A stretch of 59,820 bases of DNA, the filler included, from Basidioascus undulatus (Eukaryota), in assembly GCA_000826855.1 (NCBI GenBank). It is 5 parts of 5 records of this genome, joined end to end, with 100 filler letters (N's around TTAATTAATTAA, not from the genome) between each part and the next. Parts side by side here need not be neighbours in the genome. Positions count along the whole stretch, not along the records: positions 1 to 28,318 come from JTLS01000149.1; positions 28,419 to 36,209 come from JTLS01001493.1; positions 36,310 to 44,097 come from JTLS01001494.1; 2 more parts are not named here. The stretch is one strand, 5' to 3'. The notes beneath the pieces were generated by a model that was not told the DNA's origin, searched no databases, and saw nothing but the letters and a program-made list of their open reading frames with translations. Of the stretch, positions 27,301-40,900 are shown piece after piece. Both the position numbers and the translations under genes were made by a program. Position 1 is the first letter of the stretch; each line of letters opens with the position of its first letter.

Positions 27301-28318
27301 AGAGACTAGATCTTTGTTTTCCGACTTGTACAAGGCTGCTTGCTGGTTCGAGGCTAAGTTCATGCCCAGCTGCGTTCGACATGTCACGTATCGTATATGG
27401 CCCGTATCGTATATGGCTGTTTCCTGTTTCGTTCTACTCTGTGTAGCTCCGTGTCTATCGAATGTGTTCAATCTTCCTATTGCAAGTCACCCTCTCTGAT
27501 ACCCCTCAGCTCGTCCAGCGGACAGACTGCGTCGATGAGATACTTCGTCTGTGAGGTTTGAAAGTTCTTCCTGTCCGAAAGCTTTTGCAATGACAAAACA
27601 CTCGCCAAAGAGGCGTTGATCAACACTTCCTTATAATTGACCCTTGCGTGTAAGAAGTTCAGCGTCTCAGCGACTGCTCGTCCCAGAGCTACGCAAGAAA
27701 GCACGCATCTCGGAGAGCATTTGTGACCTCACTACATCTTTAAACAATGGGCACTGGCACATGGATATGTAAGGTTCCCTGCGCGTGGGAAAGTGAACAT
27801 AAGTAAGGAATGCTTGTGCGTCGTTCTACTGGTGCACCATGGGGAAGGACACCGCCTTTAAGGCGGCAATTGATCTGACCAGTTGGAGGGGTTCAAAAAT
27901 AAGTACAATACCAAGTTTTCTTCAATTAAAGACTACCGATGGCTAACCGATGAGGCTGGGCTCATGGGCTGCCGGGTCAGCGCTCGCCATACTCAAACGA
28001 ACGCAGCAACATAGGTGTCTGGGAGCCGCAGATATTATGTGAATATGGGGACGATACCCCCGGTCCCATGCGTAGTACATTATACTTATAAAGAAAGGTG
28101 CGGCCTATAAAGAAAGGTGCGGCCCAACGACCGCTCTATGTCGTCCCTCGGTCGATCTGCGCTGTCCCGTACAGCGCTTCTATCGCCTTATTCCATCGAG
28201 GGACATCCGGCCGAAGAATCTTGCGGTCGTACTGGTAGGATAATAGTAGGGCAGCGTCAGTGCCGTGAGCGTGGGTTGTGGTTATGATGGGGGAAGAGGG
28301 AAGGGAGCGTGAGGGGAA

Positions 28319-28418
28319 NNNNNNNNNNNNNNNNNNNNNNNNNNNNNNNNNNNNNNNNNNNNTTAATTAATTAANNNNNNNNNNNNNNNNNNNNNNNNNN
28401 NNNNNNNNNNNNNNNNNN
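28319..28418. other. Artificial contig linker
   Basis: 44 N + TTAATTAATTAA (stops in all six frames) + 44 N. Confidence 0.98.
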
Positions 28419-28876
28419 TCCTCTGCTCTTCCTCCGCACCCCCTGCATCCTCCTCCTCCTTCGCCGTATCCGCCGCTCCTGCTCCCGCTCCTGCACCCGC
28501 CCCCACGCCGACCGAGCTCCTCGCGAGCCTCGGGCAGAGCATGGACTCGAACGCGCCGATGAGCGCGTCCGGCCTCTCCGCCGACTACGGCGCCGGCCCG
28601 CTCAGCGCGGGGCCCGGCGCCGCCACGTTCTCGGACGCGGATTGGAGCTCGATGAGCGTCAATGGAGCAGGGATGGACTTTTCGGGCATGAACAGCGCGG
28701 TGAGTCGGCGTCTACGGAAGGAGAAGAAGGACAAAGGGCAGGAGCTGACTTTGTTGATGGGCGGCGCGCAGAACGACTACATCGACCAGTCCTTGTTCGA
28801 TGACGAGCTCAGCGCGTTCGCCAACAGCATGGGCACGTTCCAGTTCGACTTTGAAGCGAGCTCGTCGTTCTCATAG
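28419..28876 (+). CDS. 3' end of a gene cut by the contig start; acidic/aromatic C-terminus
   Basis: Pro/Ala-rich stretch, one GTGAGT..CAG intron (about 28700-28771), last exon NDYIDQSLFDDELSAFANSMGTFQFDFEASSSFS*, followed by a T-rich 3'UTR-like region. Confidence 0.6.
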
Positions 28877-29904
28877 CACCCGGCGCGCTGTCCCCTCCCG
28901 CCATCCCGCACTCCGCCTCCCTGTTCGCCCGCGCCTCCCCTCCCTTCCTGCTATTCCATCCCGGCCCTCGTCGAGGGATCATCTACCCTTCCCCACCCCT
29001 CTCCCGCCCTCGCGTCTCGTTTCGTGTCCGCCATGCCCCTCCTGAGTTAATATCCCCCTTCCCTCCTCCATTTTTCCGCACTGTTTACGACATACACAAC
29101 GCTTCCCGTCGATAATTCTTGTGCTTCGTTTTGTCTATTTCCCCCTTCCCTTTCGCTTCGTTTCCGTTTTCGTTTTCGGGTTGTGTGCGTCTTTTTGCCT
29201 CTGGGTGTACGAGCTAGTTGCTGCGTTTCGTTTTCGTTTGTTTGTGTCCCTTCCGTCTGCTCCATTGCTTCATGTGCTTTGCTCTTCGTTTAGTTCACGC
29301 TCTCCTCCCAGCCCGACGTCCGCCGCGGCTTTGTTTTATCCCCTCCCTGACTTCCGAAATAGTTCATTGTCCGCCTCGTTTCGCATCGCATCTGCTCGTT
29401 GCTTGCAGCTCCACTTTGATGACTGTATGCTGTCGTGTGCGCTGGTGCTGTATCAAGCGAAATGGTGAGTGTGTTGCGAACGGCCATGCTCATAGCTTCG
29501 TGGGTTGCGGGGATTGATTGGGACGTTGTATCGTGTCGTCTCCACATCAACCAACTGTCACTGGATGCCCGGCTGCATCTCGCTCTAGTCGTTATGTAAG
29601 AGATTACTCACTATCATTGCTTTTCTTTGAGAAAATAATGTATGCGTTTCAGGAGGTCATGAACTAACTCTTTTCCAGTGTGACACGAGACCGGCAGCGG
29701 TGGCGATGCGATGCGTCCAGATCAGTCACGACGACGCCGCGGAGTCGGCACTCAAATTTGAAGCAGGACCAGCCAGCATTTTTGCGGCCCCGCCCAACCT
29801 TTTTCCCTTGACCTTCTACTCTACTCACGCCCATAGCTTGAGCGCTATCAGCTTGCTGTCCGCTCGCCTCAGTCACATACTTCCGCTGAATCTTTCGCAG
29901 CACA

Positions 29905-30201
29905 ATGCCTCGTGACCAGCTTGACTTTACCGCCGACGAGCGGTTCGACAAGGACGAGCTCGATTTGGAACCTTGCGAGGAAGAGGACGCGCCGGCGCAT
30001 TTCGGTGCAATATGTGATCTGCCTGACTGCGTCACTGCATGGCCTACCTCCAGCAAAGAGCATGATGAGGTCCATTGTCTCGATCTCTTTCGCGTCGACA
30101 CCCTTACTTCTCCGGCCATGTCCGGGTACTCTCAGGAGCTGACGACGACAGGTCGAGCGGCTGGCTCTGGACCTTCGAGGCGCCCACCGGCCCTGTCATA
30201 A
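29905..30201 (+). CDS. Small acidic hypothetical protein (or relic)
   Basis: 98-aa ORF with a CACAATG start context like the genuine genes at 8264 and 19306, preceded by a pyrimidine-rich leader. No recognisable domain. Confidence 0.3.
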   Translation: MPRDQLDFTADERFDKDELDLEPCEEEDAPAHFGAICDLPDCVTAWPTSSKEHDEVHCLDLFRVDTLTSPAMSGYSQELTTTGRAAGSGPSRRPPALS

Positions 30202-31298
30202 TTAGCGCTCTGAATGCGAGTCTTGACAACGCTGAGGTGCTCTAAGCCAGCTACTCTACCCTAAGAGCCAGGCTGTAGACCAGCTTGTTTCCTGGACCGG
30301 GTCGACGCTCGAAGTGATCGATTGTTGGGAGCGCGTTGACGCTTTTTGCTTCCGTACACTGTTTGACCCCGACACGACTCTGTTGGCTCTGAACTCGGGT
30401 GTGAGTCCTGGGGAGGCGATAAAGCCCATCGGGTCTTCCCGGTCCACACCCTTTGCATGAACCTGCTCGAAAACGCGCTGTAGGCCGAACATCGAAGAAC
30501 CCCCGCCGCTCATAGGCGTCCGCATCCGCAATTCACGTACGTTTGAATTTCTCTTTCTGCAGATACAGATAACACATCTTTCTCTGCCTTACCCGCCTTA
30601 CTCCAGCTGGTTTGTGTTGAATCGGTTGTATACTCGAGAGGCGAGCGTTCGTCTTGCTGGATCGTCATGGGAGGCAGTGGATGCTAGAATTCACAAAAAA
30701 TTGCTGCTTTAGACTCGGATCCTCACTGTAACAGCGCTGACAACTGAATCCAAATCCCTGAGGACATGCAGATCAGTATCCCGGTCCGCACCCGAGGGAA
30801 GACTGCAGCTGCAGAATAGTGCCGTTTGTGCATATGAAGGCACTACAATAAAGAAATCTCATCCTTATTGGGAAACTACCAATTTATTTTACTTTACTTT
30901 TACTACGAAACGCCAAGAAACTGCAAGAAGAAGACGCGTGACAAATTGACAACGTCCCGCGATCCCGCCGCTGCTGCTTGTGCGATCCCGAGCCCGGCGT
31001 TGCTTGCTCCATTACCCCTCCTCCTCCTCCTTGCCCATTGCTTATTCCGTGCCGTACCCGCCCGAGGTTGGCGCAAGAACCCCGATGGCCCGGTCACAGG
31101 AAGCGCGGAGTACCGCCGCCAGTGACGCGCGAACAAACGCGAGGGGCGCGAGCGTGAGAGGACCCGTGCTACAGCTGTTTAACAACAACTGGCGAGCATG
31201 CCGTGGATGGGGCTTGGTTCCAACGTCAGGCGCTTTTGAAACTTTTGGGTTTCCATGGGAGTTTCTACGGACTTGAGGAGCGGATAACTGTGTGGAGC

Positions 31299-32773
31299 AT
31301 GGGACTAGTCAAAACAGTGCATTGGGCGCTTACTGACGATGCCCGCCCACCCCCTCCTCCCCCTAGACCGCTGGAACTTCAGCAGCTTCCTCAAAGAGCA
31401 GCGTTGGCTGCGGCAACCCCGTACCTCCATCTGCGCGTATGCCGCTTGGGTCGCTGGGGTGCGTTGCTTCCGTCCGCTGCTCTTTCATCTCACTTCCTGC
31501 TCCCTCTACGCTCGACTCTACCTGAATTTGAGCCTTCATTTGCCTAATTACACTTGAAAATTTCCCCACCTGACCGTCCTCCCATAACCTTTGAATTTCG
31601 CCTCTTTCTGCTCCTTTCTCCCCCTCCCCAATACTGACCGATCTCCATCCCATTCCGCACTTCCAAGCTCAGAGTGCGATGGCTGCCCTTGCTACCGGAG
31701 CTGGACCGGCAATGGGCCGTTTGGATCGGCTGGAATGGACATGGGAGGCACGGTGAGTGAGGCTTTGTACCCCTTCTCCTCACATTACCCTCTTCTACTG
31801 CACTCAAATTTCCTGAGTTCAGGCTCAGTACATAGGCTTACACCGCTATTTCATCTTCGTTCTCTTCACCATCCAGCCTACGCTTCCCCAGGTCACGGGT
31901 GCATCTTTCCCGCACGTTCTTCCCGTCAATAGGCCGTTTCCTTTCTCATTCAGTCCACCCTACACCACCGACTGCCAACTCTGAAAACGGTTCGCGCTTC
32001 AGATGCTCAACCCTTTTTGCCCCCAACCTTTCCCATGGGCCAAGCCTCCGTCTGGCCCGGCGGTCGCTCAGCAGCAGCCCAAGGAGAAGAAAAAGCTGCG
32101 CCTGCATCGACACAGCATCTATCAGGACTCGCTGACAGTCTACCGCCGAGTCAGCGCAAAAACCTCCCGTCCCCTGCTTCATCTACCGAGGAGTCTTCAC
32201 GCTCACGCTCGCCAAAGAAGTGCAAGCGTCTCAGGCGCCGCATCCCCTCTTTCTCACCATACGCAACCGGCTCCCCTTCTCCGACGCTTAACCCAAATCG
32301 CCTGAATGAACGGAGCAGTCGGCGGAAGAGGTCCCGGCGATGGGGAGGTGCAGGAGGGCGCGATCATCAAGGCTGAGGAGGGTGATGAAGCTCAGGAGCC
32401 CGGCGAGGCAATCATCCTCTTCTCGGTCTGTATCCCACGGACGATGCGCCTAAGCTTGTAAACTTTTTTGTCTTTCCCGCTAAACTCGGTCGCTAAGAAA
32501 ACCTATCGCTACAAGGTTGTACGACCCAACTCGACGACTCGTCCGTTGCGCCATTGCTTGTCGACGAAGACGAAGTGTGAGTCTGTTTAGCAGTTTAAGA
32601 GCTCCTTTGATCGTATTTGTGATTTTAAACTCACATGGACGAGGTTTTTTTCAGGGCTGGACTTTGTGTCCGAAGCTGTCTATCGCGAGCACTGGCAGTC
32701 GTGCGACCCGCGCACCATGCGCAAACACGACTCGCTCTTTCCCGAGCACGCGGTGTTGAATGTTGTAAAGTAG
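31299..32773 (+). pseudogene. Possible spliced hypothetical gene or relic
   Basis: Intron-like segments with branch points (GTGCAT..ACTGAC..TAG near 31317-31366; GTGAGT..CAG near 32577-32654) and coding-like blocks (LDDSSVAPLLVDEDE / LDFVSEAVYREHWQSCDPR). I could not reconstruct a continuous frame. Confidence 0.2.
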
Positions 32774-35010
32774 CTGAGGACAAAGATGGGTATTGTGCCT
32801 GCTTAGGCTTGGGAGTATGTAAGATCCTGTAAATCAGGCGAGATTCGTGCGTGAATGGCCTGTCTGATCCAATGATGCAATGGGGGTGTCCGTGTTTGCA
32901 CGCAGCAACGTACCTTCCTGAACTTGAAGCGTGAACGCGGATTTATCTACTACCGTCGATGGTGTCCTCTCTTCACCACGAAAACATACATTTGTATTCC
33001 TCCTGGCGCAAACGAGACCGGTCACGCGGACTTCCGTTCCTACTAACCCGTAGGCGCACGGCGGCTCATTTGTTGCGCTGAAGGTACGGCTGTCTGATTC
33101 CCATCCCAGAGCTCTGGAGCATGAAGAGGAACAGGCATCATCCGGGGAAAAAGAGTGAAGAGGTTCGACGTTCACTCGGGGCAGTCACACCGACCCCTCT
33201 CAGCCTGCGCGTGGCTGCAAGTTTACACCAGAATCGCCTACTCCGTTTGAGGGATGATTTGTCATGGAAGGACATATTAATGCTATCCAAAATTATCCAG
33301 TAGCTCACTTTTTGACCTCGAGACTATTGGTACACAGAGTCATGTAGAGGCTCGTGAGCGTGCTTCTTGCATCGCGGTGCAGGCTGGCAAACCGAGGACA
33401 GAAAACAGGTAAGCACACCATCCAATTTCAGATTTTTTTTTCAAGGACTGTTTTGTACGAGCAGGGTGGGTGTGGATCTGCAATCTCGAAGATGTGCGTA
33501 CTGCAGCGGCAAACGCTGCAGCGAGCCCTTGCTGGGCGGAGCGGCCGACCATGACGCCCCCCCCACACAAGCAGGATGTCGTACCGCTACGTATGCCCAT
33601 TTTTAATCACACTTATTTTGAAAAGCAAGGGATAGCTTCGTTACAACCGGTCAACCTTTATGGCACGCCGGAAGCAAGCAGGCGAGATTCGAGGGGGCCC
33701 ATTTGCATGGAGGTCTGATTAGTGTGCTGCAAACGTCCTGACCCTAAGAAGTCACTGCAAGGTTGGAGTGTAGTGTACTACGTCCTGAGCCAAACCCATA
33801 AGCAGGGCACCTCAAACAGCAAGCAAGCAACGCTGCGGTCCTTGTGCGCCCTGCAGGCGGCGGGGCGGGCTGCAGCTTGACATAGTTGCCGAAGAGGGCA
33901 GTAAGCAATTCAGACATCCAGAGTGCCACATGCACAACACCGTGTTATCTGCGCCCCTTTCACCCGAGCTGGAGTAGGCATTCACGGTCAAGCATGCTGT
34001 CGTTCATCCTCGCAGTTTTTGATCGCTGCTCTCGCACATCTGATACCCGATTGTGTACAACTGCAGATAAGGAAATCTCCCCTTTGATCCAAAGTTGATG
34101 ACCAGATATCTGTAGCGCAGGATCCGTGACTCTGGAGCAGTGTGCAGCCCGCTGGGCATTGCTCGGTGATTGACCAGCGCGGACTGGGTGGGAACTTAAT
34201 TCGTTTCATCCAGTAGATACAGGCCTGGACTGTTCAATACTCCAGCTGCGAGGAATGCTTTCCACATCTCGGTGAGCCACCTGGTCGGGTTCTGAATGTT
34301 CCTGCGCAATCAGGACCATGTATCTTGCGAAGGGTGCTTCCATTCGGTCCAGCCAGAGGCTCTTGAGCATTCTAACAGGAACCACTTGCTGGAAATGGGA
34401 GTCAGATGAGGGTGTTACACCGGCAGCGGCCACGGCACTGCATGCACTGCAGCCCTTGACAGGATGCGCAGCTCCATCCTGACGCTATACACGGTCGAAA
34501 CGTTGAGTTCCCTTGAATGATTCGACAAGATCAGTTCTAGTAATGCATTGATAGAGTGTTGCTGGATCCTACGAGTTCTGACGCGACGCCGACGAGTCCT
34601 TCAAGGCTGAGCACGAGCCTTCTGCCGCTCAGCCGGCGGGCGGACTGGGACGCCGTCCGTGCCTTGCGTCGCGCCCTCGCCTTGACCGTTCACGTTCGCT
34701 CCTCCGCTCCTTCCGCCCTGGCTCGTCATCCCTACCGCTCGCTCCTCTTCATCCTCATTCCTCTCAAGCCTGGATTTGCTCGGATTACTTCTTGGTTCCC
34801 TCCCGACTTTGAGCAGCGGGAGTCTGCGATCGCGAGGGTTTTCGATTGATTGACGCGTATCGTCCTACGAGGGAAGAGGTGTGTGTAACCTGCTCGTTTA
34901 GGTTGATCGAGAGTGTTCTGTGCTGGGTTGGGCGTCCTGAGCCTTTAGGCTGTGCGCTGACATTGTCCCCCATTCCCTCTCCATCCGTCTCCGCTATCCA
35001 ACCCACAGCG

Positions 35011-36209
35011 ATGAGTACCCCCCTGCGTTCGTTCATCTCCCCGAGCCCGTCCTCGTCTTCGCTCTCCTCGTCCACCTCCAACCGCAGCCACTCGACATCG
35101 TCCCTTTCCGCGCACTCGACGCTCAACACCTCCCGCTCGTCGCACGACCACCCGCCGGACGAGCGCGAGCGCGAAGTCGAGCAGTGGGCGCCCCTCGTGC
35201 GCGCCCTGCTTGAGCCCCCAACCTCCTCCGCGATGGCAGCCCCGCCCCAGCGCAGGTCGCTGACGACGCCCGCGGACCCATGCGATTCCAAGCGCAGCAG
35301 CGCGACAGTCACCGCCGAGACGTTTACTTTCCCTCAAACGCGCCCCTCAAACGCGCCCGCGTCCGCGTCGCCGCCCGTGCCCAAACCCAAACCCGCCGCA
35401 CTCAGGTCGGCGCCCCTGCCCACCACCACCGCGCCGGAGGACGTCGCGCTCCCGAGCAGCCCGAGCATATCCCCCGCGCTCACGTTCTACCTCCAGAACA
35501 CCAAGGCGTCTGGGTCGCCGGTGGAGGAGGGGGAAGGGCTGTCGGAGGCACAGGCGCAGGGAAGACGGGACAAGGCACCGCCAATCCCGCCCCGCCTCGA
35601 TCTCTCCGCTGCGAAGGCGCCCGTCCCCCTCGCACCGCACACTGCACCCCCACCCGGAGCAGCGGCACCCTCCGCGCCCATCCGCTCGGCGGCGCCGGCG
35701 GGGACGACAGACTCGATGGATTTCTCCGTGCTCGATCTCCCCCCCTTCCTCATCTCCTCCGGCACGTCCCCTACCACGCCCTCCCCGACCAGCACCTCAG
35801 TCATCTCAGGCGGTGGGCCACCCCTCATCCTGCCCGCACGACCCGCACCGGCTCCGCCCATCCCCTCGCCCACAACCACACTTTCACTCGTACCGCCCTC
35901 ACCTGCTCCACCCCTCCCCGCACGCGCACTCTCCCCCACACCGTCGGCGCTCCCCCTCCCGCCCTCGCCCGGGCACGACGCGTCCCTCCGCTTCCCGCAC
36001 TCCTCCGCCCCGCCGCCTACCAGCCCCGAATCCAACTCATACGACTTTATCCAGCGCCCAATATCCATCGTCGCCGAGCCGCTGTCCTCGTCAACAGAGA
36101 AGTCCCGGCCGTGGGGGTTTCAGCGCCGGCGCTCCAAGCCGATGCTCAACCTCTTCCTGCCCATCAATCGCCAACCCCTCCAAATCAGCAACACAAAGAA
36201 CAGACGAAA
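35011..36209 (+). CDS. N-terminal Pro/Ser-rich disordered region of a gene truncated by the contig end
   Basis: Uninterrupted ORF of about 400 codons from MSTPLRSFISPSPSSSS with PxxP motifs (PPIPPR, PPLPAR), running into the linker. Confidence 0.6.
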
Positions 36210-36309
36210 NNNNNNNNNNNNNNNNNNNNNNNNNNNNNNNNNNNNNNNNNNNNTTAATTAATTAANNNNNNNNNNNNNNNNNNNNNNNNNNNNNNNNNNN
36301 NNNNNNNNN
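36210..36309. other. Artificial contig linker
   Basis: 44 N + TTAATTAATTAA + 44 N. Confidence 0.98.
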
Positions 36310-36411
36310 AAAAAAAAAAAAGGGGGGGGGAAGACTGAGATTGGAAGCGTAAGAGGAATGACTGGAAGTTGTGGGGTATGTAAAGGGGAGGGAAGAATGC
36401 CCAACGTCCGT

Positions 36412-37961
36412 TCAGCTCGGCGGGCCATACCCGCTCTGCGGGGGAGTGCCCCCCTCTGAAGGCGGACGCGGCAGGGTGCTTTGCCTGAGAGCAGCGCGTA
36501 AGACCTTCCTCTAGCCAGGAAGAAAAGACGACGTACCAGGTACTCGCTTCCTGCAGATACGCCTCCTGCTCCTGCGCCTGCGTCTGGGGAGCCGCAGCCT
36601 GCTGAGCCGCGGCGGCCTCCTGCGCCCACGCCCACCACTGCCGGTTTGCCGTCGTTGGAGTCGGCCAGGTCGCTTCGTCAGTGGGTGGTACACCGGCTGG
36701 AGCGTATGGGCCGCTCGCGGCGGCTTGAGCGTACGACGTGCTCGCGGCGGCTTGCGCGTACGAGCCGCTGTCCCACTGTGTTTGAAGCAACGGCAGCGAG
36801 GGGGCCCACGCGGAGGATGCAGGCCTAGCCGAGGGGAATGAGGTGTCATCAGTCGTCAGGTGGTGAGAATTTCAGACAGTCTGATTGACGTACTCCTCGT
36901 AAGTCGGAGCAGCCGGCGCTGAAGTCGAGTATGCTGCGTAGGGGTACGCTGCCTGCCAAGCTGCTGCCTGCACCATCGCTGTCAACTCGCCAAGTCCCGA
37001 ACGAAGAACCCCAAGGAAAACTGAAAGAAAGAATACCTGTTGCTGTTCCCAAGCCGTCGCCGTCGCCGTTGCCCCGGTCGCTACAGACCAATTTGGACTG
37101 GCTACCATCTCGCCCGACTGCACCGAGCCAAAGTCGTCGTACAGGCTGCCCGCTTCGGACCCGCTCATCGACCCCGCCTGGCTCACAGGGTATTCCCATT
37201 CGGCGAGCGAGTCTGCCATAGGCATGGGAGAGGACGGCGCGGAGGCGGCAGTGGGGATGCCACTGCGGAGGAGGGAGGTAGATGTGGATGTGGATGTGGA
37301 CGCCGATGTGGACGCGGACGCAGATGCAGAGATGCTGGCCGAGGGGAGGGTGTCGAGCGAGACGGAGCGCTGGGCGGCAGGATTCGATCTCGTTCTCGAG
37401 CTCGAGCTCGAGCTCGAGGGGAGATTGGAAGTGCTCGTCGAGGGAGTAGCGGCGTAGGTTGCGCAGGTCCGCTGATGCCGGAGGAGGATGTCGCTGCGGA
37501 GGAGATGGGTAAGTTTAACATGTCGGTCGCAGGAGGGCTCGCAGGATGGGCACACCTGCGCGTGTAGGACCGCCCGCAGACGCAACGAAACGGATTCTTT
37601 TCATCGCGATCTAGGTTGGTGTCAGAATTGTCAACAGAGCATTCTGGCGAGCTAGAGATGGCGAGGGAACATACGGGAATTGCGCAGGTGGCGTTGGAGG
37701 TTCTCCGGCCGAGTGAAAGACTGGTCGCAGGCACTTGGGACTTCAGTGAGTGCTCGTGGTGGACAAACCGAGATATCAGACGAACCTTGTCGCATTTCGG
37801 GCAGTCGTACACTGGAAAGAACAGAAGATCAGCCGGCGGTGGACGGGTTCGATTCGGAAGAGAGGCTCACTCGTCGCCTTCAAGCGGTGCGGCACGGCGC
37901 GGACGCACGCAGTAGAAGGAAGCTTGCTGGGAATCGGAGCCGCGGCGAGAGCGAGCAGCAT
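36412..37961 (-). CDS. C2H2 zinc-finger transcription factor (two N-terminal fingers, the second C2HC)
   Basis: Spliced YDCPKCDK|SFTRPENLQRHLRNSH and FRCVCGRSYTR|SDILLRHQRTC, followed by Ser/Thr- and Ala/Gln-rich regions. Last exon WQSTLPRPPSEGGTPPQSGYGPPS*. The start codon is uncertain. Confidence 0.8.
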
Positions 37962-40900
37962 CAAGTTGGATGTGTGCACCCGACGGGGGCAAATGCGGAG
38001 AGGGAAAGAAAGAGAGAGCGAAGAGAAAGAGAGTGGCGAACGGAGGCGAACGGAGAAGGCAATGGTCCGTAAGAGAAGGTTGCAAGTGTGCACGAGTGTA
38101 CGGCGTGCGCGTGGACGAGCAAGGAGCAGGAACGAGCGTGATTGTGCTGGAAGTAGACGGAGAGAATGAAAAGCAAGTTCAGTACGGCCACCACGGCGCT
38201 GTGCCGCCGATGGTAATCTTGTGGGACTCAGTGGTGGACAGAAAACAGTGAGGGAATGGTGGGGGGCATGAGGCTCAACAGGGCCGGACGGCCGGAGTTG
38301 GTCCGACGGGTTCAGGCTGCCTGTCAATGAACGGTTTTCGCTTCGGGCTCGGGATAGCATCCCCGCACCAGGGAGCCGTCGCTTCACTAGAGCGCTGTTC
38401 GTCACCTTGATTCTTGAAGCGGAACCGCCGATAATGGCGTGAATATAGCGAAAAGTGCGTGAATCAGTCAGAGGTGGGAGACGCACCGCGCGGCACACAT
38501 ATTGGAGTGCCTGGAGGCGGTGCTTGGACTGCAAAGCTGCTGCACACCCACGTCTCAAGATAGATGCAATACGCGCTGGCGCGGGAGCGGTTATATGACA
38601 GGAAGGCAGTAAACCTTTTCGGTTAGAGTCATACAGATTCAGTAGCACCGGCTGAAGAGCCGGACAAAGAGGCGATTGACACGAGGCTGTGCATCGATGT
38701 AGAAGCTGTGCAAGACGTCATGACATGTCTCACGCTCGCTGGTGAGGGTTCATTGAAGAAGGTGGTACCGATATTGAGAGCACGTCCGGGCTGAGCGTGA
38801 CAAAATTGAATATCAGAGATCGAAAATGGACGCACCCCCAGGATGATATGCGAAGGGGCATTAACCGCAAATTTGCTTCCTTCACGACGATCATGCGTTC
38901 TTGGTTCATGAAGGCCATGCGGGGAACACGGCAAGCCCGCCTGAGGCGACACTGCCCTGATGATAATATCTTACATCGGAACATGATAGCACCCCTAGAT
39001 AAGCTCATCTATGTTCGACTCGTGCTTACTATTGTAGTTCAACAACCATGCCCGGCTATGCGCCAACCGTGTGTTACCGTGCGGACGCTCTGTCGGGTCT
39101 TTTGGATGCGCCCCGTTTGCGGCCGTCCCTCATCTTGTTAACCCGCAAGACTTGGATCGATGTGGCATGCTGGAAAATGAAATAATGATGAGCTATACAG
39201 CCTCCTTTCTGGCACGCAAGAGTCACAGAGATGGTGAGCGGTTGTGTTCCTTCAGAAGGCGGTCCGGTCAGTGACTGAAGTTGCAATCATTCCGTAATGT
39301 GAATGTATTTGTATGAAACTCAGGGGTACTTTTTTCAGTAGTTCTAGGTCCCACTGAAAGAAGAATGGGTCGATGTGTTGTGAAGCTGCCACGCTGGCCA
39401 CCTTGGGCCACCTGCAGACAGGGCGGCGGCCTGGAGATTTGCTTTCTTGGCGAAGTGCACACCCCTCTTATATAGCTCACTGTCTTATCGAGAGACGAAT
39501 AAAGCCAAAGTAGAGAGGCCTTGCTGTTTTTAAGTGAGTATGTGTCTTACCACAAACACAAACAGGCATACTCGGACAGTCACAGAACTTGCGAAGTGTA
39601 TAAAGAAAGAAAGTTACCTGGCTATTGCGAACTTGCTTCCCTCTGATGCTTCGTCTCGACGATCTCCTCCTACAAACAAAGCAGACCACACCCACAACTG
39701 CTCCCTGGCCCACTGCTCAGCACACATCACCTCCTAAAAGCATATACTAGCAGAAAGAAGAGAGTGTCTATGGGACTTTGAGGTTTATATGTTAGGAATT
39801 AAAGCGTGGGGCCCAGAGAACAAGCGGGAGGGAGTGAAGGAATGCGATGACTGAGTTTTGCCTAAGATGGGCTCGCGTAGGACGTCTGGATCAACAGGGC
39901 AATGATGATCATGTATCTCTTTCAAGAGGGGGAGTAGGGAACGGTCAGAAGAGTACCAGCAGCGGCAGCGGCACCGCAGCACCGGTACCTGGGCACGAAG
40001 TTGCAAGCTCAAAATCCCCGCACTGCCGTGAAGGCAGCTCGTCCCGACGCCAGGTCACTGGAAGCCAAGCCCAGATGTCGGGAAAAGCACTCCACTAGCA
40101 CGCGCATGCAGAAGAGAGGAGAAAGATCGCAGGTGAAACGAGCGACGACGAAGTGAGACTTTGCGAGATACCATGCCAGCTTCCTCATTTCTAAGGTATT
40201 TGGCATCTTGTGGGGTTATAGTACTGTGATTCGGCGGGGCTGACCGCACACATGCTCACGGCAGTCAGCTAGCGGCCGCTCATCTGAAGGACCTAAGTGT
40301 GTAATCCGTTTGCCTGTTTATGTTCCCATATATGCCCTACACACCTTCCATGACCGTATATTGAAGTACATATACAGTTGTGAGACCTCGAAGGCGATGC
40401 GAGCGTGGCAATTCGTCGTGGCCGGGTCTGCAAGGTTGCATTATTGACACGTCGGACGCCAGATTAGCTTCTATTAAAGAAAAGGTTGTACCCCCTGTAT
40501 TTCGAGAGTTATGGCACAGAGGCAAGGGGAAAGGTAGCCATTAGAGGAGCACACGCAGAGCAGACGGAGCTGCACATCCTGACCGGTCTGTGATTGCTGA
40601 ATTTGCTAGGCCCCGTCTGGTCGGAAAGGTAGAAGACCTGCAAATAGTGAAGAGGACCAAAGGTCCCCCCACGCCTTGGCCAGTCGAGCGTCCCGCGTGC
40701 AGCTTATTCGCCGCCTCTTCGAGCGCAAGTGCTTGCAATGCTCTCCTGTCGCGAACATCCTGCGATACGCCCCGGCTTTGATTCGTCGACCCAACATTTC
40801 TCGAGAAAATTGATCTTGCCATTCACCATGGAGGCTCTCCTCCTCCGCAACCTCCCGACTGCGCTCAAACAGGGCATCTTGTCGCTTGCCAATCGCCTGC

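Noticed and set aside
28159..28177. GC hairpin GCGCTGT-cccgt-ACAGCGC as a Helitron 3' end or terminator
   Set aside because: No CTRR terminus at the expected distance and no other copy. Such short stems arise by chance.
28363..28374. TTAATTAATTAA repeated four times at about 7.9-kb spacing (repeat or piggyBac-like target?)
   Set aside because: Always centred in exactly 44+44 Ns. It is a six-frame-stop assembly spacer.
39280..39800. AT-richer tract with TATATA as a solo LTR
   Set aside because: No second copy, no TG..CA ends with target duplication, and no retroelement coding sequence.
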